A DNA stretch of 64,000 bases from Bacteroidia bacterium (GTDB taxonomy: Bacteria; Bacteroidota; Bacteroidia; M30B66). A program made the translations under genes and the position numbers. The stretch covers positions 2,080,001 to 2,144,000 of the forward strand of contig OZ257142.1 of the NCBI GenBank assembly GCA_965279035.1, given 5' to 3'. The notes below the pieces were generated by a model that had not been told where the DNA came from, did no database searches, and saw nothing but the letters and a program-made list of their open reading frames with translations. Positions 21,204 to 31,100 of this stretch are shown one piece after another; within the stretch, counting starts at the first letter, position 1, and each line of letters opens with the position of its first letter.

Positions 21204-22451
21204 ATGACAAAACCGACCTTTTCAACAGTCGTAATCTCAACGGCAGCCATTTTACTAGGGTTTGAAGCTAATGCTCAAATTACTTCTAGTCAGCTAAATG
21301 GTCAAACGATTAATACCATTACTACTGCAGTACCGCTTTTGATGATTTCGCCTGATGCGCGTGCAGGAGCTTTGGGTGATGCAGGTGGTGCAATGGGGCC
21401 AGATGCAAATTCAATCCATTGGGGATCAGCTAAATTAGCTTCCAATGAAGGAACTTCTGGTATTTCACTTTCTTATATTCCTTGGTTACGAAATTTAGTT
21501 CCTGATATTAATTTGGGATATCTTTCTTGGTATAAGAAAATGAAAAAACGCCAAACGATAGGTGGTTCACTTCGTTATTTCTCTCTCGGAAATATTGTAT
21601 TTACTGATATTGTTGGAAATACTATTGGACAATTCAACCCAAATGAATTTGCCATTGACTTTGCCTATGCTCGTAAATTTTCTGATCGTTGGAGCGGTGG
21701 TATTACCATGCGTTACATTTATTCAAACCTAACAAATGGAATAGATGTACAAGGAACACCAAGTTTTGCTGGACAAACTGTAGCTGCTGATATTTCAACC
21801 TATTATAGTAATCCAGATTTGAAACTAGGAGGTAAAAAAGCCACTTATTCATTTGCTGCAGCAATTACAAATATTGGAGGGAAGATTTCTTACACGAAAA
21901 CTGCTGACCGAAATTTTATTCCTACTAACCTTCGTATTGGAAACTCCTTGAAAGTGAAAGTAGATGATTATAACTCCTTTACTTTTCTTTTCGATTTGAA
22001 TAAACTAATGGTTCCAACTCCTCCTGTTCGTTCAGATGGAACGAACAATTATCCTGGTGTTGCTCTTGGAGAAGTTGCTTTTGGGAAAGACAATAATGTT
22101 CCTATTGTAACCGGTATGCTTCAATCATTTTCTGATGCTCCCGGAGTGTTAAAAGCCGATGGAACTCGCAGTGTTTTGAAAGAAGAATTACGAGAAATAA
22201 ATCCTTGTGGTGGAATTGAATACAGTTACAATAACGTATTTGCGATTCGTACCGGTTATTTTTATGAGCATCCAACCAAAGGAAATCGTCGTTATTTTAC
22301 CTTGGGTGCAGGAGTTAAATTCAATGTATTTACTTTGGATTTAGCGTATTTGATTCCAACACAGCAACGTAATCCATTGGAAAATACTTTACGTTTCACC
22401 TTACAATTTGATTTCGGTGCTTTCCAATCACAGAATAAGAGTTCCGAATAA
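21204..22451 (+). CDS. porV: T9SS outer membrane shuttle PorV
   Basis: TTAVPLLMISPDARAGALGD, SYIPWL, KGNRRYFTLGAG, NPLENTLRF. Confidence 0.93.
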   Translation: MTKPTFSTVVISTAAILLGFEANAQITSSQLNGQTINTITTAVPLLMISPDARAGALGDAGGAMGPDANSIHWGSAKLASNEGTSGISLSYIPWLRNLVPDINLGYLSWYKKMKKRQTIGGSLRYFSLGNIVFTDIVGNTIGQFNPNEFAIDFAYARKFSDRWSGGITMRYIYSNLTNGIDVQGTPSFAGQTVAADISTYYSNPDLKLGGKKATYSFAAAITNIGGKISYTKTADRNFIPTNLRIGNSLKVKVDDYNSFTFLFDLNKLMVPTPPVRSDGTNNYPGVALGEVAFGKDNNVPIVTGMLQSFSDAPGVLKADGTRSVLKEELREINPCGGIEYSYNNVFAIRTGYFYEHPTKGNRRYFTLGAGVKFNVFTLDLAYLIPTQQRNPLENTLRFTLQFDFGAFQSQNKSSE

Positions 22452-22928
22452 ATGAATATACGTGTAGGGCAAGGGGTTGATGTTCATCAACTCAGTGAAG
22501 GTTATGATTTATGGCTGGGAGGATTGAAGATTCCTCATCATAAAGGAGCTGTTGGCCATTCGGATGCAGATGTTTTAATTCATGCCATTTGCGATGCTTT
22601 GCTTGGTGCCGCTAATTTGCGCGACATAGGTTACCATTTTCCAGATACTTCTTCTGAATTCAAAGGAATTGATAGTAAAATCTTGCTTCGTCGAGTTACG
22701 GATTTACTTTTTGAAAAAGGATGGAAAGTAGGAAATGTGGACACCACGCTCATTTTGGAACAGCCTAAAATCAAACCCTATATAGAGCAAATGCAGGAAA
22801 CACTTGCTCCATTAATGGGAATTGAAACAGATGCAATCTCTATAAAAGCTACTACAAACGAAACGATGGGATATGTTGGAAGGCAAGAAGGTGTTCTAGC
22901 ATATGCAACGGCTCTCATTTATCGTTGA
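22452..22928 (+). CDS. ispF: 2-C-methyl-D-erythritol 2,4-cyclodiphosphate synthase
   Basis: RVGQGVDVH, GHSDADVLIHAICDALLGA, KATTNE. Confidence 0.97.
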   Translation: MNIRVGQGVDVHQLSEGYDLWLGGLKIPHHKGAVGHSDADVLIHAICDALLGAANLRDIGYHFPDTSSEFKGIDSKILLRRVTDLLFEKGWKVGNVDTTLILEQPKIKPYIEQMQETLAPLMGIETDAISIKATTNETMGYVGRQEGVLAYATALIYR

Positions 22929-22964
22929 TTTGCTTGTTAACTGCTCCTTTGTATCTTTACCCAG

Positions 22965-23456
22965 ATGCGAGAACTGCACTTTACTTCATTAGTTAGAGAA
23001 TACGATCAACTGGAAAACCTTCCTGAGACTGATCAAAAATTAATGAACGCCGCTATTGAAGCGAGTTCCAGAGCTTATGCTCCTTATTCACATTTTTACG
23101 TTGGTGCCGCTGTTTTACTCGAAGACGGCACTATAGTTTTGGGTAATAACCAAGAAAACGTTGCCTATCCTTCGGGTTTATGTGCTGAACGGACTGCTTT
23201 ATTTGCAGCTGGCGCGAACTTTCCAGGAAAAGGTGTGTTAAAAGTGGCTATTGCAGCCCACTCAGATGATTTTACTGTAGAAACTCCTGTATATCCTTGT
23301 GGTGCTTGCAGGCAAGTTATGTCGGAGTACGAACAATTGAGTAAACGCCCTATGGAAATATTGATGATGGGTGCTCAAGGAAAAGTGCATGTTGTTAACG
23401 GATTGATAAATATCTTGCCCGTTGCCTTTAATGCAGATAATTTAAAACGAAAATAG
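22965..23456 (+). CDS. cdd: Cytidine deaminase
   Basis: AYAPYSHF, NQEN, CAERTA, PCGACRQ. Confidence 0.95.
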   Translation: MRELHFTSLVREYDQLENLPETDQKLMNAAIEASSRAYAPYSHFYVGAAVLLEDGTIVLGNNQENVAYPSGLCAERTALFAAGANFPGKGVLKVAIAAHSDDFTVETPVYPCGACRQVMSEYEQLSKRPMEILMMGAQGKVHVVNGLINILPVAFNADNLKRK

Positions 23457-23528
23457 ATTGATTCTTCGCAATTATTATTGCAGAATAGTATATTCTTATA
23501 AATTTGCCCACCCAACAGGAAAAAAGAA

Positions 23529-24524
23529 ATGGCAAAGCCTAAATTCAAGAAAGAACAATACCTGAAATGGTATGAAGAAATGCTTCTGTGGCGCCGGTTT
23601 GAGGAAAAGTCAAGCCAGTTATATATTCAACAGAAAATTCGTGGATTCTGTCACCTTTATATTGGACAAGAAGCTGTATTAGCTGGTGCTATGAGCGCAA
23701 CACGATCAAGTGATAATATGATTACTGCTTATCGTGATCACGTTCAGCCGATTGCAAAAGGAGTTTCTCCTAATGCTGTTATGGCTGAATTAATGGCCAA
23801 AGCTACTGGATGCTCTAAAGGTAAAGGCGGATCCATGCACATGTTCTCTGCTGAACATAAGTTTTTTGGTGGTCACGGAATCGTAGGTGGACAAATACCT
23901 CTCGGAGCAGGTATTGCTTTCGCCGATAAGTACAATGGCAACGATAATGTTACCTTAACTTATATGGGTGACGGAGCCGTTCGTCAAGGAGCTTTGCATG
24001 AAGCATTTAATATGGCTATGCTGTGGAAATTGCCTGTTGTTTTCATCATTGAGAATAACAATTACGCAATGGGCACCTCAGTTCAACGTACAACCAATGT
24101 ACATGAACTTTACAAAATTGGTTTATCCTACGATATGCCTTCGAAAGCTGTTGATGGAATGAGCGTTGAAGATGTTCATGATGCAATGGTTTGGGCTGTT
24201 GATCGTGCCCGTAAGGGTGAAGGTCCAAGTTTATTGGAAATGAAAACCTATCGTTTCCGTGGACATTCGATGTCTGATCCTGGTAAATACCGTACAAAAG
24301 AAGAAGTTGAGTCTTATAAATCTCAAGATCCTATTGAGCAAGTGTTAGAAACACTTCGTAAAAATAAGTGGATTACAGAAGCTGAAGTTGAAGCAACCGA
24401 AGAACGCGTGAAAGCAGTGGTGGAAGAATCAGTTGTTTTTGCTGAAGAATCGCCATATCCTACAGTTGATGAACTATACAAAGATGTATATGTTCAAGAT
24501 AATTACCCTTACATTCTCGATTAA
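23529..24524 (+). CDS. pdhA: Pyruvate dehydrogenase E1 alpha
   Basis: GFCHLYIGQEA, GKGGSMH, GDGA..QG TPP motif, YRFRGHSMSDP. Confidence 0.97.
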   Translation: MAKPKFKKEQYLKWYEEMLLWRRFEEKSSQLYIQQKIRGFCHLYIGQEAVLAGAMSATRSSDNMITAYRDHVQPIAKGVSPNAVMAELMAKATGCSKGKGGSMHMFSAEHKFFGGHGIVGGQIPLGAGIAFADKYNGNDNVTLTYMGDGAVRQGALHEAFNMAMLWKLPVVFIIENNNYAMGTSVQRTTNVHELYKIGLSYDMPSKAVDGMSVEDVHDAMVWAVDRARKGEGPSLLEMKTYRFRGHSMSDPGKYRTKEEVESYKSQDPIEQVLETLRKNKWITEAEVEATEERVKAVVEESVVFAEESPYPTVDELYKDVYVQDNYPYILD

Positions 24525-24543
24525 TACAGGAAAATAGAACGAT

Positions 24544-25788
24544 ATGGCAGAAATTGTCAAAATGCCCAAACTGAGCGATACCATGGAAGAAGGTGTTGTT
24601 TCGAAATGGCATAAGAAAGTGGGCGACAAAGTAAAATCAGGAGATTTGCTTGCCGAAATCGAAACCGATAAAGCCACCATGGATTTTGAATCTTTTCAAG
24701 ATGGAGTGGTTCTATATATTGGAGTAGAAGAAGGAAAAGGTGCTCCTGTAGATTCTATTCTAGCAATTCTAGGGAAAGAAGGAGAAGATTATAAATCATT
24801 GATTAGTGGTGCTTCTGGAGGATCGGTTACGAAAGCCGAAAGTGCTCCTGTTGAAACAGCTGCTCCAGTTGCTGCATCTGCTCCTGTTGCTGCATCTACG
24901 CCAGTAGTAAGTACTATTGCAGATGATTCTTCTCGTATGAAAGCATCTCCATTAGCTAAAAAAATTGCTTCGGATAAAGGAATTGATATTAATCAAGTAC
25001 AAGGTTCGGGTGATGGTGGACGTATCGTAAAACGCGATGTAGAAAACTTCAGTCCTTCGACTACTTCTGCAAAACCTGCTGCAGCGCCTTATATTTCGGT
25101 TGGAACAGAAAGTTATTCAGAAGAGAATGTATCTCAAATGCGCAAAGTCATTGCGCGTAGATTGGCTGAGAGTAAGTTTAGTGCTCCGCATTTTTACTTA
25201 ACTATAGAAATCGATATGGACAATGCCATAGCTGCTCGTTCGTCGATTAACGCTTCTGGAGATGTTAAAATCTCATTCAACGATTTTGTGGTGAAAGCCT
25301 CTTCGATGGCGCTTCGTAAACACCAAGCAATTAATTCATCTTGGTTGGGCGATAAAATTCGTCGTAATCACCATGTGCATATTGGAGTGGCAATGGCGGT
25401 AGAAGATGGATTACTTGTTCCAGTTGTTCGTTTTGCTGATAATAAAAGCTTGTCTCAAATTTCGGCAGAAGTTAAAGAATATTCGGCTAAAGCAAAATCG
25501 AAGAAATTACAACCTCAGGATTGGGAAGGAAACACGTTCACGATTAGCAATCTGGGTATGTTTGATATTGAAGAATTTACGGCGATTATCAATCCTCCTG
25601 ATGCCTGTATTTTAGCAGTTGGTTCTATCAAACAGAAACCTGTTGTGAAAAATGGGGCTGTAGTTCCTGGAAATGTGATGAAACTAACACTTAGTTGTGA
25701 TCACCGTGTGGTTGATGGAGCAAGCGGTGCTGCATTCTTGAAAACACTCAAAGAATATCTTGAGCAACCAGTCATGATGCTTGTTTAA
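24544..25788 (+). CDS. pdhC: Pyruvate dehydrogenase E2 (single lipoyl domain)
   Basis: ETDKA lipoyl site, ASPLAKK binding domain, DHRVVDG. Confidence 0.95.
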   Translation: MAEIVKMPKLSDTMEEGVVSKWHKKVGDKVKSGDLLAEIETDKATMDFESFQDGVVLYIGVEEGKGAPVDSILAILGKEGEDYKSLISGASGGSVTKAESAPVETAAPVAASAPVAASTPVVSTIADDSSRMKASPLAKKIASDKGIDINQVQGSGDGGRIVKRDVENFSPSTTSAKPAAAPYISVGTESYSEENVSQMRKVIARRLAESKFSAPHFYLTIEIDMDNAIAARSSINASGDVKISFNDFVVKASSMALRKHQAINSSWLGDKIRRNHHVHIGVAMAVEDGLLVPVVRFADNKSLSQISAEVKEYSAKAKSKKLQPQDWEGNTFTISNLGMFDIEEFTAIINPPDACILAVGSIKQKPVVKNGAVVPGNVMKLTLSCDHRVVDGASGAAFLKTLKEYLEQPVMMLV

Positions 25789-25807
25789 GGTTTCAATAAA
25801 ACAAAAG

Positions 25808-25844
25808 AAAAGCCCTGTGACGATGATGTTACAGGGCTTTTTTT
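25808..25844 (+). terminator. Intrinsic terminator of the pdh operon
   Basis: AAAAGCCCTGTGAC-gatgat-GTTACAGGGCTTTTTTT. Confidence 0.9.
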
Positions 25845-25865
25845 ATGTCAGTAAGCCCTCTAGAC

Positions 25866-25972
25866 TTTGTATGAGCGGTTGAGGCGGTAGCCCGCATTGT
25901 GCGCCGCAGCGAAAGCGAAGGTGAACAGGAGGACTAATAGCCGAAGACGCGACCCGAAGGGGCATACCCAAA
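25866..25972. repeat. GC-rich REP/MITE-like intergenic element (single copy in window)
   Basis: About 58% GC in an AT-rich genome. Short hairpins (GC-GAAA-GC, CCC-GAA-GGG) and imperfect terminal complementarity TTTGTATG / CATACCCAAA. Confidence 0.45.
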
Positions 25973-25979
25973 TAAACAA

Positions 25980-26594
25980 TCAGAAAAGGCCGTTAATTTC
26001 TGCGTCGATACGGTTGATGATTTCTCCTAAATGCTCTGGATTTTCGCTGAATTTATTTTCATCCACATCCACAATCATGAGTTTGCCCACGGTGTAGTTC
26101 GATATCCACGCTTCGTAACGCTCATTCAAACGTTTCAAATAATCGAGGCGAATAGAATTTTCGTAATCACGTCCGCGCTTTTGGATTTGATTCACCAATG
26201 TTGGAACACTCGCACGTAAATAAATCAATACATCGGGCGGAGCAATAAAGCTCGACATGAGATTGAATAATGTGAAGTAGTTTTCAAAATCGCGTGTGGT
26301 CATCAAGCCCATCGCGTGCAGGTTGGGAGCGAAGATATACGCATCTTCATAAATCGTCCGATCCTGAATCACGTGTTTGCCGCTTTTGCGAATATCGTTC
26401 ACTTGATTGAAACGAGAATTCAAGAAGTAAATCTGCAAGTTGAATGACCAACGTTGCATGTCTTCGTAAAAGTCGTTCAGATAGGGATTGTCGTCTGCGT
26501 CCTCGAAATGCGGAACCCAGTTGTAGTGTTTCGACAACAAAGAAGTAAGTGTGGTCTTTCCGGAACCAATATTTCCAGCAACAGCTACATGCAT
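25980..26594 (-). CDS. Deoxynucleoside kinase
   Basis: AGNIGSGKTT P-loop, QDRTIYED, PDVLIYLRAS, RGRDYE. Confidence 0.93.
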   Translation of the reverse strand: MHVAVAGNIGSGKTTLTSLLSKHYNWVPHFEDADDNPYLNDFYEDMQRWSFNLQIYFLNSRFNQVNDIRKSGKHVIQDRTIYEDAYIFAPNLHAMGLMTTRDFENYFTLFNLMSSFIAPPDVLIYLRASVPTLVNQIQKRGRDYENSIRLDYLKRLNERYEAWISNYTVGKLMIVDVDENKFSENPEHLGEIINRIDAEINGLF

Positions 26595-26709
26595 AGTATT
26601 TATTTAAGGCGCCTAAAATACGCAGGTTCCATCGTTTTCAAAACCCGAAAGTTAAAAAACCTACTCTTTGAGTTTGATTTATTGAATTTTGTATTTAAAT
26701 AATTGATAT

Positions 26710-27939
26710 TCAGCGCCCTTGATAAAGGAGTGATGAAAGTTGCGATTCTTCAAAAATCTCATTCGCAATATTTCGTAAGTCTTTGGAACTGAGCGATTCT
26801 ATCTTTTGTGAAACTTCTTCAAATGTATCTATCTTATTGAAAATCAAGAAAGTCTTTGCGAATCCCAACATGAGTGAAGAATTGCTTTCTTGAGCGATTG
26901 CCATCTGTCCAATCAATTGGTTTTTTGCTTTTTGAAGTTGTAAAACGCCTAATTCTTTTTCTCTGAGCTTCCTCATTTCGGCTAAAACCAAATCACGACA
27001 ACGTTCAACCCAAGCAGCTTCTGTTCCCAAATAAACACTCCACAATCCAGTATCGCTGAATATGGCATAACCTGAATCGATATTATATGTCCATCCATAT
27101 TTTTCGCGGATAGCCAAATTCAATCTAGAACTCATGCCTGGTCCACCCAAAAGATTATTCAATAATATCAAGCCTGTACGTTTGGGATCTCTTACAGAAT
27201 AAGCCAAGTTTCCCATCACCAAATGCGCTTGATGGTTCTTTCTTTTTTCAATGATATGTGTTGGCCTATAAAGTGGAACTGTTTCACGAACAAACGTCCT
27301 CGGATTGTTGGGTTGAAGTCCAATGGTTCGATCAAGAAAAGATTTAATTTTTGAAACTGGGATGTTTCCTACAAAAGAAAATACAATTTGATCTGTATTC
27401 CAGGTGCGTTTAATAAAGGATTTAATATCTGCTGGACTGAATTTTTTGAGGTGTGCTGGAGTTCCCAAAATATCATGACCAAGCGAATGGTTCGGATAGA
27501 TTTGTTCTTCAAAACGATCATAGATTTCTTCAGAAGGACTGTCCTTATATGAATTTATCTCATCGATGATGACCGTTTTTTCTTTGTTGATTTCCTTTTC
27601 GGGAAAGCTGGAGAAAAAGGCAATGTCGTTTAAGAGTTCAATCGCACGTTGATAATGGGCGGATAGAAAAGTTCCATAAAGAACTGTTTCTTCTTTACTC
27701 GTATAAGCGTTCAGTTCACCACCAACATCTTCCATTCGGCTAAGAATGTGAAACGCTTTTCGTTTGGGTGTGCCTTTAAAAACTGAATGTTCGATAAAAT
27801 GTGCTAAACCGTGTTCATGCTCTAATTCATCACGACTTCCGGCATTGATAAACAATCCACAATGAGCAACAGGACTGTTTACCTGCGTATAAATTACACG
27901 AATTCCGTTTGCTAAAGTCCAGGTTTGGGGTTTATTCAT
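26710..27939 (-). CDS. M16 family zinc metallopeptidase
   Basis: GLAHFIEH inverted zinc motif, NAYTSKE, GMSSRL. Confidence 0.93.
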   Translation of the reverse strand: MNKPQTWTLANGIRVIYTQVNSPVAHCGLFINAGSRDELEHEHGLAHFIEHSVFKGTPKRKAFHILSRMEDVGGELNAYTSKEETVLYGTFLSAHYQRAIELLNDIAFFSSFPEKEINKEKTVIIDEINSYKDSPSEEIYDRFEEQIYPNHSLGHDILGTPAHLKKFSPADIKSFIKRTWNTDQIVFSFVGNIPVSKIKSFLDRTIGLQPNNPRTFVRETVPLYRPTHIIEKRKNHQAHLVMGNLAYSVRDPKRTGLILLNNLLGGPGMSSRLNLAIREKYGWTYNIDSGYAIFSDTGLWSVYLGTEAAWVERCRDLVLAEMRKLREKELGVLQLQKAKNQLIGQMAIAQESNSSLMLGFAKTFLIFNKIDTFEEVSQKIESLSSKDLRNIANEIFEESQLSSLLYQGR

Positions 27940-28183
27940 CGGGCGAATGTAGTTCAGGATCGGTCACAATGCGCTGAACTCGACCAACTGTTCGATCAAT
28001 TAGCATCACTTTAATTCCTCGTGAATGATAGGGTTTACTGGTTAATATCCAACGGATTCTTCCTCTAGTGAGTTGTCCCGTTTTTTGATCACGTTTCGTA
28101 ACGATATCAACTTCTTGATTGAGTTGCAAATTGTGCCGATAGCAACCACTATTTGCTATTACACTCGCAGCTTGCACTGGCAT
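27932..28183 (-). CDS. YwbE family protein (start uncertain)
   Basis: VDIVTKRDQKTGQLTRG...ILTS..HSRGIKV.L....VGRVQRI resembles YwbE/DUF2196. Confidence 0.7.
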   Translation of the reverse strand: MPVQAASVIANSGCYRHNLQLNQEVDIVTKRDQKTGQLTRGRIRWILTSKPYHSRGIKVMLIDRTVGRVQRIVTDPELHSPDE

Positions 28184-28559
28184 CGGGAGTTGGAATTATG
28201 GTAATTAGATAAGTACTTAAATACTCAGAGCGAAACTTCATTTTATACGTTTTGCCATTTCGACCTTTGCCTTGAATTACGTATTCAGGAACTTCTTTAC
28301 CATGAATATCGCTTTGACTGAAAAGTACTTCACCTTCAGAAATTAAAGCCAATACATCTTGATCTGATATTTTATTACAATCGAGTAGGCAACGAGCTTG
28401 GGAAGAAATTTTAATTGGATGTTCTTGCAATGCTTCCATGACACGACCTTCGGGAGTCCAAGCAGGAAAAGTTCGACCACGAAAAAGAAATCCCCAAACA
28501 ACCAAACTTCCTAAAAGAATTCCGAAAATGAATAAACGTAAACGACGACCAAAACTCAT
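28149..28559 (-). CDS. DUF4258-like membrane-anchored protein
   Basis: N-terminal RRLRLFIFGILLG TM followed by WTPEGRV; conserved neighbour of alanine dehydrogenase in Bacteroidota. Confidence 0.6.
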   Translation of the reverse strand: MSFGRRLRLFIFGILLGSLVVWGFLFRGRTFPAWTPEGRVMEALQEHPIKISSQARCLLDCNKISDQDVLALISEGEVLFSQSDIHGKEVPEYVIQGKGRNGKTYKMKFRSEYLSTYLITIIPTPDASASCECNSK

Positions 28560-28598
28560 GAGGTAAATTAATTGAAATCAGTTTGAGTTAATTCTCAA

Positions 28599-29825
28599 TT
28601 AGAATTGAGTTGCAGCTATTAACAAATCAAGGTCTTTATATGGAATGTTATACGTTTCTCCAATGTATTTATGGGTGATGATTCCATTATATATGTAAAC
28701 ACCATTCCGAACACCGGCATTGATTCGCAAATAATTATCAATTCCTCCTTTATCGCCCATATCTAAGAGAATAGGAGTGAAGATATTACTTAAAGCGAGG
28801 GAAGCCGTTTGGGAAACACGTGATGCCACATTCGGAACACAATAATGCGTTACTCCATATTTTTTAAAAACCGGATTTGCATGATTGGTTACCTGAGACG
28901 TTTCGAAACAACCGCCTTGGTCGATCGAAATATCTACGATCACCGAACCGAATTTCATATTACTCACCATTTCGTCAGTAACAACGATGGGCGTTCTTCC
29001 TTCTTTTGCTCGTAAAGCACCAATAACTACATCGGCTGTTGCAAGAGCAGCTTCTAATTGCCGAGGTTCAATAATCGAAGTGAATAGACGTTGACCTAAA
29101 TCGTTTTGAATACGACGAAGACGGTACAAAGAATTATCAAACACTTTCACATGAGCACCTAAACCAATAGCAGCACGTGCAGCAAATTCGCTCACTGTTC
29201 CTGAACCGATTATGACTACTTCGGTTGGAGGAACACCCGAAATGCCACCGAGCATCATTCCTATTCCATGGTTGGTAGTGCTTAAATATTCGGCGGCAAT
29301 AAGTATGGAGGTATTTCCTGCAATTTCGCTCATCGATCGAACAACAGGATAAATCCCCGAACGATCTTTAATGTAATCGAAAGCTAATCCAGTAATTTTT
29401 TTGGAAATGAGATGATTGAAGAAATTTTTCTGCTGAACCGTTAATTGCAGTGCTGAAATTAGCTTCTGCTTTTGGTTCATCATTTCAATTTCATCGAACG
29501 TTGGTGGAGCAACTTTTAAAACGATATCGCATTTATAAACCTGTTCAGGTCCATAGGCTATCGTTGCACCAGCATCACTATAATCTTTGTCCTGATAATT
29601 GGCATTTGCTCCAGCACCACTTTCAACTGTAACCATATGTCCATTGTTTACCAATACTGCAACCGCAGCTGGAACAAGGGAAACGCGTCGTTCTTGGAAA
29701 GAAGTTTCTTTAGGAATTCCAATTTGAAGTTGGCTAGTGCGGCGGCCTACTTCCAACATTTCTTCTTGGGGAAGGAGCACATTGCTTTGAGAAAAACGAA
29801 GCAATGGATTACGATCATCGGTCAT
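28599..29825 (-). CDS. ald: Alanine dehydrogenase family protein
   Basis: IGIPKE, ERRV, SEIAG, DISIDQGGCFETS, HYCVPN. Confidence 0.85.
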   Translation of the reverse strand: MTDDRNPLLRFSQSNVLLPQEEMLEVGRRTSQLQIGIPKETSFQERRVSLVPAAVAVLVNNGHMVTVESGAGANANYQDKDYSDAGATIAYGPEQVYKCDIVLKVAPPTFDEIEMMNQKQKLISALQLTVQQKNFFNHLISKKITGLAFDYIKDRSGIYPVVRSMSEIAGNTSILIAAEYLSTTNHGIGMMLGGISGVPPTEVVIIGSGTVSEFAARAAIGLGAHVKVFDNSLYRLRRIQNDLGQRLFTSIIEPRQLEAALATADVVIGALRAKEGRTPIVVTDEMVSNMKFGSVIVDISIDQGGCFETSQVTNHANPVFKKYGVTHYCVPNVASRVSQTASLALSNIFTPILLDMGDKGGIDNYLRINAGVRNGVYIYNGIITHKYIGETYNIPYKDLDLLIAATQF

Positions 29826-29839
29826 ACAGGAGAAATCAA

Positions 29840-30286
29840 TTAATCGCCTAAAGATACATTTCCCGAATGGTTCTGCATATGAATCGTTCGAACTTCTTGC
29901 TCTTCAATAATCTTAATGTCCACATAATTAGTTGGCAAGAGTGATTCAATTTTTTCGGGCCACTCAATAAAACACCATGCACCACTTGAAATATATTCAT
30001 CAAAACCAATTGCTATGGCTTCTTCTACATGTTTAATTCGGTAAAAATCGAAATGATAAATTCGTTCATCATTCGATAAAGCATATTCATTCACAATTCC
30101 GTATGTTGGACTGCTAACCGAATCTAGCGTTCCCAACTCTTTACATATAGTTCGGATAAACGTTGTTTTCCCGCTACCCATTTCACCTCTAAAAGCAAAA
30201 ACACGTTGACTTGAAAAATGACGGAATAAAATAGTTCTTGCTTCTTTTAATTCTTCAAGAGTTTTGCAGATAATAGTAAAGTCCAT
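29840..30286 (-). CDS. tsaE: tRNA threonylcarbamoyladenosine biosynthesis ATPase
   Basis: GEMGSGKTT, VSSPTY, HFDFYR, IEWPE. Confidence 0.95.
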   Translation of the reverse strand: MDFTIICKTLEELKEARTILFRHFSSQRVFAFRGEMGSGKTTFIRTICKELGTLDSVSSPTYGIVNEYALSNDERIYHFDFYRIKHVEEAIAIGFDEYISSGAWCFIEWPEKIESLLPTNYVDIKIIEEQEVRTIHMQNHSGNVSLGD

Positions 30287-30387
30287 CGTTTACTTTTCGG
30301 AATGCAAAGATACTCGTTGAATGATGGAAATGGAATTGACATTTAAAAGCTACTAGATTTTCGTTGATTTGAATTAAATAATTGGGA

Positions 30388-31059
30388 ATGGAAAGACCAG
30401 CATTTGGGATTTTGTTTGATTGTGATGGAACGCTTACAGATTCATTGGATCAGGCGATGTCGTCCTTTGTTTATGCATTAAGTAAATTAGGAATGGGATA
30501 TATTTCGGAAGCAGAAATTCATCAATTATTTGGGATTTCGGCCGATAAAATATTGCTTCATTTCTGTAAGAATGATCAAGAACAAGGTGCTCGAGCATTT
30601 GAATTGTTTTTATAAAACCAGCAAGAACTTGCGAAGAAAACAAACTTGCATGATGGAATTTCTGAATTAGTAATGAAATTGTTTGACATGAATATTCCTA
30701 TGGGAATTGTTACTGGGAGACATTCGGCAGATTTAGATATTTTACTAGCACCGCATCAACTAAATCAAGCTTTTCAGGTTAAGATTTGCGATAATCAAGT
30801 GTCGAAACCCAAGCCGAATCCGGAGGGTATATTAAAGGCAAGTTCATTTCTCTCTATTCCTCCTTTTAATTTGCTTTATATTGGAGATTCTCCAGTTGAT
30901 ATTCAAGCGGCAACAGCTGCAGGGATGTATTCTGTAGCTGCTATTTGGGATTCGCATACGAACGAATAAGCTTTGCTAGAAAACAATCCAACGTATGTTA
31001 TTTATCATCCAAAAGAAATGATGGATGTATTAGTTGATTTTAAACAAAAAACCGGGTAA
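30388..31059 (+). pseudogene. HAD-family phosphatase with two in-frame stops
   Basis: FDCDGTL, IVTG, KPKPNPEG and IGDSPVD all in one frame, interrupted by TAA at 30613-30615 and 30967-30969. The HAD-like tail continues to TAA at 31059. Confidence 0.85.
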
Positions 31060-31100
31060 TACTTCGAAAGTAAAACCGGGTTTTAATTTTTTTTTACATC

